Shown in pieces: positions 48,623 through 55,907 of a DNA stretch of 64,000 nt (position 1 is the first letter of the stretch; the number at the start of each line of letters is the position of its first letter). The notes below the pieces were generated by a model, which worked only from the letters and a program-made list of their open reading frames with translations, did not search any database and was not told the DNA's origin. The stretch comes from an uncultured delta proteobacterium. GTDB taxonomy: Bacteria; Myxococcota_A; Polyangia; Polyangiales; Houyiibacteriaceae. Position numbers and translations under genes: made by a program. The stretch is from contig CAVOVB010000008.1 in NCBI GenBank assembly GCA_963699755.1, positions 96,001 to 160,000 of the forward strand. Direction: 5' to 3'.

Positions 48623-49360
48623 ATGAATCGTGCATGGGCGGTCTTTGCCATAGCGATGCTGGCCCTTGGGTGCCGGAGTCGGGAAGCGCCGGTTCGCGGC
48701 GCGCACCCGGGCGTCGATCTGCCACCGCCCAATCTAGAGTCGGCTGAACCTGCAAGAGGCCAAGCCGAAACACCCGCGGCGCCAGAGCCGCGCGAGCTGG
48801 GACGCATCGTGATCGGAACGACGACCGAAGAAATCGTGCAGCGGGACCTGGGCGCGGAGCTCCACGCCGCGCTCGGCTCCCCGACCATGTGCCTTCGGGA
48901 CTACGCTTCGGACCGCCCGACGACGATTCGAATCAGCGTCAGCGCGATCGTCCGACCGACGGGTATGTGCATCGAGCCCAAAGCGTATGGTTCCGGGCTG
49001 TCTGCGGCGGCCCTCAAGTGCATCGAGCAACGCGTCGGCACAGTGGTCTTGAAGGAGCTCGAGGACACGACCGAGTCGAAGACCGCCTCCACGGTCGTCG
49101 AAATCAACTACGAGCCCCCGGCCATCGTCGAAGCGGATCCGGGAATGCCGGAGCCGGATCTGAAGAACGCCAGCTATCCCTTGCCGAAGCGGCCAACCCT
49201 CCCGCGGACAGGGATCCCCATTGACGATCGCTTTCGAGGTTGGCTCGATGGTGGCGACGTGAAGCAGATCGAAGGCACGAAGCCCAGAAAGATCGTCGGC
49301 CCCAAACCGCGCGCGATCGATGGATACGAAGTGGACGAAAACGCTCAGGACTGGCGCTGA
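48623..49360 (+). CDS. Lipoprotein with TonB-C/AgmX-PglI C-terminal-like domain
   Basis: Lipobox ALGC; Pro-rich stalk; CL..IRISVSAIVRPTG..ALKCI pattern. Confidence 0.55.
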   Translation: MNRAWAVFAIAMLALGCRSREAPVRGAHPGVDLPPPNLESAEPARGQAETPAAPEPRELGRIVIGTTTEEIVQRDLGAELHAALGSPTMCLRDYASDRPTTIRISVSAIVRPTGMCIEPKAYGSGLSAAALKCIEQRVGTVVLKELEDTTESKTASTVVEINYEPPAIVEADPGMPEPDLKNASYPLPKRPTLPRTGIPIDDRFRGWLDGGDVKQIEGTKPRKIVGPKPRAIDGYEVDENAQDWR

Positions 49361-49379
49361 GATCGGCGTGTTGTCGCTG

Positions 49380-49973
49380 TCAGCGTCGATGCTTCCGGAG
49401 ACGCCTTCGCGCTAGCACGCCGACGAGCAGCAGGCTGAACGCAACCTTGGAGTAGTCGAGCTCGGAGCTTTGCACCGTGCAGCTGCAGCCTTCGTCGCTT
49501 GTGTCGGTGTCCCCGGAGCTTCCGCCAGCACCGCCGGTGCCGCCAACACCCCCGGTGCCGCCGGTGCCGCCGGTGCCCCCGGCGCCGCCAGCACCGCCCG
49601 TGCCATCGTAGCTCTGACTTCCGCTCACACAGGGCTCGATCGTGAACTCGACCCTGTCCATGTTGTCCTCGTCTGCGCGGTCCACAGCCATCGCTGCGCC
49701 CACGAACGGGGTAGTGTTGTTGCAGGAGATGGAGCTGTTCTGGAACGGGCCGAGCTCGGGGGTGCACCCTTCGACACTGCCGCTGATGATGATATCTCCG
49801 GGGCTCGGGCCCCGCGCATCGACCAAGACCTCGACGCCGTACCCTAGCCCGGCGTCACACTCCGATGCGAACGTCCACGTGACCTCGTAAATTTTCATGT
49901 CCTGAGCCGTGGTAACATTGGCGTAGCCGAGTGTGAGCAGACCAGCCGTTAACATCCTGGTGAACTGTCGCAT
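49380..49973 (-). CDS. MYXO-CTERM-type surface-sorted protein
   Basis: Signal peptide; Cys-containing acidic domain; GGT/GGA linker; GCSC + hydrophobic helix + RRR tail. Confidence 0.82.
   Translation of the reverse strand: MRQFTRMLTAGLLTLGYANVTTAQDMKIYEVTWTFASECDAGLGYGVEVLVDARGPSPGDIIISGSVEGCTPELGPFQNSSISCNNTTPFVGAAMAVDRADEDNMDRVEFTIEPCVSGSQSYDGTGGAGGAGGTGGTGGTGGVGGTGGAGGSSGDTDTSDEGCSCTVQSSELDYSKVAFSLLLVGVLARRRLRKHRR
49521..49604 (-). repeat. Degenerate 9-bp coding repeat (Gly-Gly-Thr/Ala linker)
   Basis: Encodes GTGGAGGAGGTGGTGGTGGVGGTGGAGG. Confidence 0.8.
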
Positions 49974-50181
49974 GCACGGCAGCGTAGCAAGATGCGGACC
50001 ATAGCGGCGAAGCTCCCCAAAGTGGCTCCAGGCCCTGGCAAACCAAGAATGAGCCGACACCGATGCTGAAGAAGCGCGGGCCGCCAACCCCAGCCCTGGC
50101 GAAAAGGATGCACTCGATCGCCTCACGACGCAGAATTTGCACTCATCTTCGCGATTTCCCGATGCAAGCTGCTGACGGTAG

Positions 50182-53100
50182 CTAACCAGGACGCGCGCGT
50201 TCCGCGAACCACTTTCGGTACGTCTCCATCCGTGCTCGTTGCGCGTCCGAAGCGCGCCGCTTGCAGGTCCCTCGCTCCTCGGAGCCTTCCGGCGCCCCCC
50301 AGCGGATCTCGATGCAGTCGTTCGGGTTGTACGCGATCTCCATGGCTTCCATTCGTGCGACGAGGTCGGCCAAGCTGAGCTTCCACACGCTGCCATCCGA
50401 TCGCCGGTACTCGAAAGCTCTTTTCTCGAGCTCCGCCCGGAGCACCGCGCGAACCTGCTGCTCAGCTTCTTCCCGATCCGCTTCTCGGATTCCGAAACGG
50501 TCCGGATGCGCCGCGACGCGGTCCGGGAAGGAGACCACTGCGTCGATGCTGATCAGCAGACGCATGTCGCGCGAAGGCGTCGAATAGTCCTCCCAGGGAC
50601 CCGTGGTCAGAAACAGAGCGGCGCCTCGTGGCATCTCGATCAGCGCGTAGCCTCGAGACTCCATGAAATCTTCTCCGTTTTGGACCGAGCTCAGTCTACG
50701 TTGCACCGACTCTTCGAGTGCGTCGACCAAGCTGCTTTGCATACGGACGGGATCGAGGGCTCGCGGGTTGATCAGGCCTTCCATGGCCGCATAGAAGTCG
50801 TCGGCGCTGCCTTTGTATTGCACATCGGACCAGGCTCGGGATCCGCCAGTCTTCAAGAGCTGATCGTTGCTTGTGATGCGCCACGGCTGCCGCGGGGGGG
50901 CGGCGTCGGTGTCAGTATCAGTATCAGTATCAGTGCCCCGGCTTGGCGCGTACCGAACCGGTCGCCAGCCCTTGAACCCCGCGCCAACGAGCTCGCTCTT
51001 GGGCGTGAACAGGAACGAGCCGCGCCAGAATCGTCGCCGACCGACGGTGCCGTCGGGTTGGGCATCGGCTCCGATCAAGACGCCGTAGTCGTTGACCCCT
51101 TGTGGTTTCCAACGCGCCACGACCAGCACGTGGCCGTACGGGTCGGCGAAGACGGTTCCCGGCCGGATGGCCTGTCGACTCAGGCGCAGCGGGTAGAGGT
51201 CGGTTTGGTCGTCACTGGGGAGGGTGCGCGGGCTCGACGAATGAACGGTACCGGCCATTCGTCGTACGAGCCTCCGAAACGCGCTAACGTCATCGCCGTC
51301 TGGCACAGAATCCAGGTTGCTGAGCACGGTGGGCTCGCAAAGCGGCGGCTCATCTTTGCGGCCGCGCGTGCACTCCCGATACACGAACGGCAGACGGAGC
51401 TTCCAGGCGAAGTAGGCGCGCAGAAAATAGGGCAGGTCGGCGCAATCGGGCTCCAGGTCGAGCCTCGCGTCTTCGCCTCTCGAGCGATAGTCGTAGAGCA
51501 GGTTTCGTTCGCGCTCGCCGATCAGCTCTTGAAGTCGAGTCCAGGTGACATCGTCGCCGCTCGGCTCACGAAACAGCTGCTCGACGAAGGCGGCAAAGAG
51601 GTTCTCAGTGTCGTCCTCCCACTTCGCGCTCGGCACCCAAGCGGGGCCGGGGGTGCTTCGTTTCGCAGGCGGCACAGGATGCTTTGCGACGCCTATCCGC
51701 TCGCAGGCTCGCACGAGGTCGCCGTCTGCGAGAAGAGCGGTCCACTGGCCCGCCTCCGGCTCCGGCACCTCCACCCATCGGCTGTAGGGAGGGCCGTCGA
51801 GCTCGTGTTGCTCCGGCTCGAGACGTGTCCCGTCCGGCTTGAAGAGCACCAGGGAAGAGAGGCCGGGGTCCCGCTCGCTCGTGACGACGACGCGCAGCGG
51901 CTGCGAGGAATCGGGTCGATGCGGCGATCGAAAGATCGCGCTGCGCTTGCTGTCCGAGCAGCGTCCGTCCGGAAGATACACCGGCGCGCTAGGGCGAAGC
52001 TCGGCGTCCGCGACCAGGGCCGGCCCCGGCGTGTTTCCGAACACGGTGATGCGCGTGACCCGGCTCAGGAAATCACGGCGCGAGCTCCCGGCGCCCAAGG
52101 ATAGGTCGCTGACGGTCACACGATCTACGCGGTTGATCGTCTCTAGCTCGACGCCGTCGCAGGGTGTCAGGTACTCGGAGAATGCATGGATGGCCATCGG
52201 CACGCCTTCTTCCGTCGTGCCGAGATAGAGCATGATGTGGCCGGGGAACTGGAGCAGCACGATTCCGCGACTCGCGGCAGCTTCGAGGAGCAGTCGCTTT
52301 TCGTTGAGGTCTTCGACGCCCGATACGTCGATGCTAAACGTGCCGGCCGCCGCTTGTCTTGCGCTGTGGCGCGGCAGGTCGATACCAAACGGCTCGAAGA
52401 CCTCGAGCACGAAGCGCGAGCAATCGTAGCCGCCGTCCTTGCCGCCCCAGCCGTATGGTTCGCCGAGCATCGAAAAGGCTTCGGTCAGGAGCTCGCGACG
52501 GGTGAATGGGCGAAGCGCGCGAGATTCGACCCTTGCTTCGACGGCGTCACGGTCGATCGGTGAGGAGAGCGCTTCGATTCGGACCCATCCGAGCGCGTAC
52601 GGCGTTCGCGCCAAATGCATCCCGTTCGGCCAGCGCGCCAAGACTTGGATCAGCTCGCCCTCACGCATGGTGCTACAGCGATTGCGGTCGAAATCCTCGT
52701 CGACGGGCTTCGTATAGAGCCCACCGTCGTAGGGACCGCAGTGAAGGGCTTGGAGCTTCTCTACGACTCTCCACTCGTCCGCCTGGTCGACCAGCCCGGA
52801 TGGAGCGAACGCAGCGACCGCGCCCGCTTCCAGTGGTTTGCCCTTGGCGTCGACGAGCTCGTCGCCCTCGAGCCGCCCCCTCATGTAGGCCAAGCGCTCA
52901 TCGATCTGCGCCTGCAGCGTATCCCGATCGATAGGCGCCAGTAGATCCGCCTGTCCGATGGCCTCGCCCTCCCTCGGCTCTCGAAGGGCAAGCCTGTGGC
53001 GCCGCACGGCCTCTCGGTCCATCAGTGGTTCGTCGAGCGGCCCGTATGCCTCGTTCCGGCTGAGCCAGTACTCGAGCGTCTCTTGCGCTGAAGATACATT

Positions 53101-53259
53101 CCCGGGGGGAATCTGGACTTTGCGCGTTTCGGGGCAGGAGTCCGGCCGTCGGACCCGCTGAGGCGCTCCTGGCGGCTCCCGGTCGCACCCCAGAAACGAA
53201 AGTAGACAGACAACCGCTCCAAAGGCCGCGCGCAGAGCTATGTGGGTGCGAGCATCCAT
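50182..53259 (-). CDS. Large lipoprotein: SH3-like + NlpC/P60 endopeptidase domain fused to an uncharacterised C-terminal Cys/His domain
   Basis: Lipobox FLGC; PYGWGG..YDCSRFV, LPRHSARQ, PGHIMLYLG, AIHA; later PDCADLPYFLRAYFAWK and DPYGHVLV. Confidence 0.82.
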   Translation of the reverse strand: MDARTHIALRAAFGAVVCLLSFLGCDREPPGAPQRVRRPDSCPETRKVQIPPGNVSSAQETLEYWLSRNEAYGPLDEPLMDREAVRRHRLALREPREGEAIGQADLLAPIDRDTLQAQIDERLAYMRGRLEGDELVDAKGKPLEAGAVAAFAPSGLVDQADEWRVVEKLQALHCGPYDGGLYTKPVDEDFDRNRCSTMREGELIQVLARWPNGMHLARTPYALGWVRIEALSSPIDRDAVEARVESRALRPFTRRELLTEAFSMLGEPYGWGGKDGGYDCSRFVLEVFEPFGIDLPRHSARQAAAGTFSIDVSGVEDLNEKRLLLEAAASRGIVLLQFPGHIMLYLGTTEEGVPMAIHAFSEYLTPCDGVELETINRVDRVTVSDLSLGAGSSRRDFLSRVTRITVFGNTPGPALVADAELRPSAPVYLPDGRCSDSKRSAIFRSPHRPDSSQPLRVVVTSERDPGLSSLVLFKPDGTRLEPEQHELDGPPYSRWVEVPEPEAGQWTALLADGDLVRACERIGVAKHPVPPAKRSTPGPAWVPSAKWEDDTENLFAAFVEQLFREPSGDDVTWTRLQELIGERERNLLYDYRSRGEDARLDLEPDCADLPYFLRAYFAWKLRLPFVYRECTRGRKDEPPLCEPTVLSNLDSVPDGDDVSAFRRLVRRMAGTVHSSSPRTLPSDDQTDLYPLRLSRQAIRPGTVFADPYGHVLVVARWKPQGVNDYGVLIGADAQPDGTVGRRRFWRGSFLFTPKSELVGAGFKGWRPVRYAPSRGTDTDTDTDTDAAPPRQPWRITSNDQLLKTGGSRAWSDVQYKGSADDFYAAMEGLINPRALDPVRMQSSLVDALEESVQRRLSSVQNGEDFMESRGYALIEMPRGAALFLTTGPWEDYSTPSRDMRLLISIDAVVSFPDRVAAHPDRFGIREADREEAEQQVRAVLRAELEKRAFEYRRSDGSVWKLSLADLVARMEAMEIAYNPNDCIEIRWGAPEGSEERGTCKRRASDAQRARMETYRKWFAERARPG
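50906..50935 (-). repeat. In-frame hexamer repeat (Asp-Thr)n
   Basis: + strand TCGGTG TCAGTA TCAGTA TCAGTA TCAGTG; adjacent G7 run at 50894-50900. Confidence 0.85.
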
Positions 53260-54176
53260 CGGAGAATTTGGTCTTCGACAGTACCCCCGGAGCCCAGCCC
53301 CAGGTCCACTTTCTCGGGAAAGCCGACGTGGCCCCCCCGCTCGGTAACGATCCGCCGGAGCCCCGGTGCATGGTGGAGCCAAGGCCGCACCGTGTCGATC
53401 GGTACCATCGGGTCGCGCTCGGTCGCGATGAAGAGGGTGGGGGTCCCGATGTCCCCGAGCACGCGGCATGAGCTGGTCTGCGCCCAGTAGTCTTCGGCGC
53501 CGGCGAATCCGTGACGCGGCGCGATGACCCGTTCGTCCCATTGCTCGATCGTATCGATGCGCAGGGCTTCCTTCAGGGGAAGAGGCACATCGCGTCGCGC
53601 TGCGACGTTGCGATAGATGTCCTTGAGCGCGTTCAAGATGTGTCGCCGATAAAACAGCCCTCGGGGTTGATCGATTGCGCGTGCACCTGGCTTCAAATCA
53701 ATCGGCGAGCACACGGTTGCTGCTGCGCGGACGCGAGGGTCGGGGCGCTCGGCGAGATAGCGAAGCACCATGTTGCCACCGAGCGAGTAGGCAAGCAGTA
53801 GGATCTTGTCATAGCCTGCGAGTGCCGGGCTTTGGAGCGCAGCATCGAGGTCGTCCGTGAGTCCGGCGTGGTAGTAGTCCGCCCCGCAGCGATCAGCGCC
53901 CCGAAGATTGAGCCTGAGGCTGTCGATGCCCGCGCGCGCAGCGGCAAGTGCCGCCTGTCGAGCATAGTAGCTGGTCGCGCTTCCTCCGAGCCCGTGCACG
54001 ATCACTACGATGGTGTCGGACCCACCGCTCTCGCTCAGTCGTCCACTGAGCTCGAGCGTGCCGACCACGCCATCCCGGAGGCTCGTCTCCCAACGTTGCC
54101 AGTCCGGAACCCTCGGCGGGAGCAGGTTATGACGAAGATACGGGCCGAGGGTCCAGAAGTGACCCTGCCAGCTCAT
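53238..54176 (-). CDS. YheT-like alpha/beta-fold esterase
   Basis: GHFWT, HGLGGS..SYY, NLRG, YHAGLTDD, AYSLGG, DPMV, GGHVGF. Confidence 0.88.
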   Translation of the reverse strand: MSWQGHFWTLGPYLRHNLLPPRVPDWQRWETSLRDGVVGTLELSGRLSESGGSDTIVVIVHGLGGSATSYYARQAALAAARAGIDSLRLNLRGADRCGADYYHAGLTDDLDAALQSPALAGYDKILLLAYSLGGNMVLRYLAERPDPRVRAAATVCSPIDLKPGARAIDQPRGLFYRRHILNALKDIYRNVAARRDVPLPLKEALRIDTIEQWDERVIAPRHGFAGAEDYWAQTSSCRVLGDIGTPTLFIATERDPMVPIDTVRPWLHHAPGLRRIVTERGGHVGFPEKVDLGLGSGGTVEDQILRWMLAPT

Positions 54177-55120
54177 GAATCATTGGGCGTAAGCGCGGCG
54201 ACGGCCGGTTTCTGGGTTGCATCTTGGTGCCACGAGTAAAAGGGCGGTCGGTCCTTGCACATCGGTCGATCATCATCGGCGCAGTAAACCCGGACGTGGA
54301 AGTGGCTTCGGTGCGGTGCACCGCGCCTGGGCTGCGTGATCACGCGCTTGGCGCGCATCAGCAACTCGGGATTTGCACCCTCCTTCACAGCCCGATCGAG
54401 CAGGAGACGCTTGACCGCGTTCGAAACGAAGATGTGCTGCACGTCGGTCGTCGGGTGGCTGAGCAATGATTCGACTAGCGCCCAGTTCCGCGCGGCGTCG
54501 AACTTGTAGAGGTTGCCCCACTGCTTGCCGATCGCCTTACTGTTGAAGCTAACGAACAGGTGCACGTTCACCGGCGTCGCGCGTCGGTCGAGCATGTAGA
54601 AGCCTAGGTCGACATCGCGGCCGCTCTGGTGTGACACGTGCGGACGGAAACGGCCGCCGCCAACTCGCGACAGGTCACCGACCGTCAGCTCCGCGCGCGG
54701 ATACCGAAACGCAACCTCGTGTGCGGCGCGCTCGATCAAGCGAACGAGCTCGCCCGTGCCGTGACGGGTGTCCTGAGAACCGACCTTGACCTCGTAGTCT
54801 TTGCCGTCGTTGAGTCGCATTCCGAATCGAAGTAGGCCGCGATTCGGGTAGCCGACCGAAACGCTCGGGTTCGGCTCGATGTCCGACGGCGAAACGCTGC
54901 GTGGCATGCGTGCGATCTTCTCGAGGTCTGCGTCCGAAGGCTCGGCATGCGACTCGGCGTGTTGCGCTTCTCGAAGCACCGGGTTGTCGGTCATCGGAAG
55001 CTCGGCGGACGCAAAGGTGCCAAACGAACCCGACAGCCACACCAAAGATGTCGCGGTCAGAGCACAAATCCACGCCACTGCGCCAGATTGGTTCCTCTTC
55101 TGTGAATGCGGTTTCCCCAT
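54173..55120 (-). CDS. Penicillin-insensitive murein endopeptidase (MepA/M74-like)
   Basis: SVGYPNRGLL, VGDLS..GG, HVSHQSGRDVD (Zn ligands), HRSHFHVR; N-terminal hydrophobic segment. Confidence 0.87.
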   Translation of the reverse strand: MGKPHSQKRNQSGAVAWICALTATSLVWLSGSFGTFASAELPMTDNPVLREAQHAESHAEPSDADLEKIARMPRSVSPSDIEPNPSVSVGYPNRGLLRFGMRLNDGKDYEVKVGSQDTRHGTGELVRLIERAAHEVAFRYPRAELTVGDLSRVGGGRFRPHVSHQSGRDVDLGFYMLDRRATPVNVHLFVSFNSKAIGKQWGNLYKFDAARNWALVESLLSHPTTDVQHIFVSNAVKRLLLDRAVKEGANPELLMRAKRVITQPRRGAPHRSHFHVRVYCADDDRPMCKDRPPFYSWHQDATQKPAVAALTPNDS

Positions 55121-55192
55121 GTTCGCGAGGCCAAGTCTGGCCCGATTCCCCTCAAGTGCCAGTTTGCCCGTTCGGACACCCTTATGCCAAGG

Positions 55193-55209
55193 CTGAGAGC
55201 CCGTTCAGC
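55193..55209. promoter_or_regulatory. Candidate LexA (SOS) box of myxobacterial type
   Basis: CTGAGAGCCCGTTCAGC: 16/17 match to the M. xanthus LexA consensus CTRHAMRYBYGTTCAGS as I recall it; GCTGA-N8-TCAGC dyad; ~73 bp upstream of the MepA-like gene. Confidence 0.45.
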
Positions 55210-55267
55210 GCGCGTTTTAGCGTGTTTCTTTATCGTTCCGAGGCCGTTCTGTGAAAAAAACGGGAAA

Positions 55268-55816
55268 TCAGCCGAGGGCAGGCTGCTGCTGCACTGCTTC
55301 TTCGCTGGGAATATCACCCGGAGGGGGTAGTTTCGCGCCGGTGAGGTAGCGCAAGAAAAGCCACCAAATCACGCCGAGACCCCAGACGAGACCGAGGACG
55401 ACACCACCATCGACGATCCCGCGCCAGGGCTGCGGCAAGGAACGGACCCACCAGATCAACAAGATGATGGTGACCACGAAAACCCAGCTCACCGTCATCT
55501 GGCGCCGCGTCGAGTGGAAGAGGCTCATGCAAAACGGGAGGGCGAGGATGAGCCACAGGGGACGTGGATTTTGGCCGAGATAGATCGCCCGAGACACCAC
55601 CCGGGGGGAGAACTTGAGTTGGAAACCCCGATAGCCTTCTAGATAGGCATTTGCGAGGAGCCAGCCGATGTAGATGGCCTTCTGACCGTCGCTCATCAGG
55701 CCCTGAGTCCAGGGCTCGAGCGCGAGCGGCGTGAGTCGCCAAATCGCCCGTCCCAGCAAGAGCGATACCCAGGCGATGCCCCAGGTTGCCGCTAGCTTTT
55801 CGACCCAAGGGCGCAT
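55268..55816 (-). CDS. Hypothetical integral membrane protein
   Basis: ~5 TM helices; AYLEGYRGFQLKFSPRVV and QPWRGIVDGGV look like conserved blocks; TGC-TACCGT upstream. Confidence 0.75.
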   Translation of the reverse strand: MRPWVEKLAATWGIAWVSLLLGRAIWRLTPLALEPWTQGLMSDGQKAIYIGWLLANAYLEGYRGFQLKFSPRVVSRAIYLGQNPRPLWLILALPFCMSLFHSTRRQMTVSWVFVVTIILLIWWVRSLPQPWRGIVDGGVVLGLVWGLGVIWWLFLRYLTGAKLPPPGDIPSEEAVQQQPALG

Positions 55817-55907
55817 CCTTGGCCGCGACGGTAGCAGCCTCGCATGCCTTGTCGACTTGCCCGACGGGCGCCCCGACGGCCATGCTCATTGGACCAGAGG
55901 AAACCAC

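Noticed and set aside
49974..50181. Two GCCCTGGC-A-rich copies about 60 bp apart, considered as a mini CRISPR/repeat
   Set aside because: Only two short degenerate copies, no cas genes; compatible with chance
50239..52104. 621-aa + strand ORF
   Set aside because: Antisense shadow of the NlpC/P60 fusion gene; no motifs; long shadow ORFs are expected at high GC
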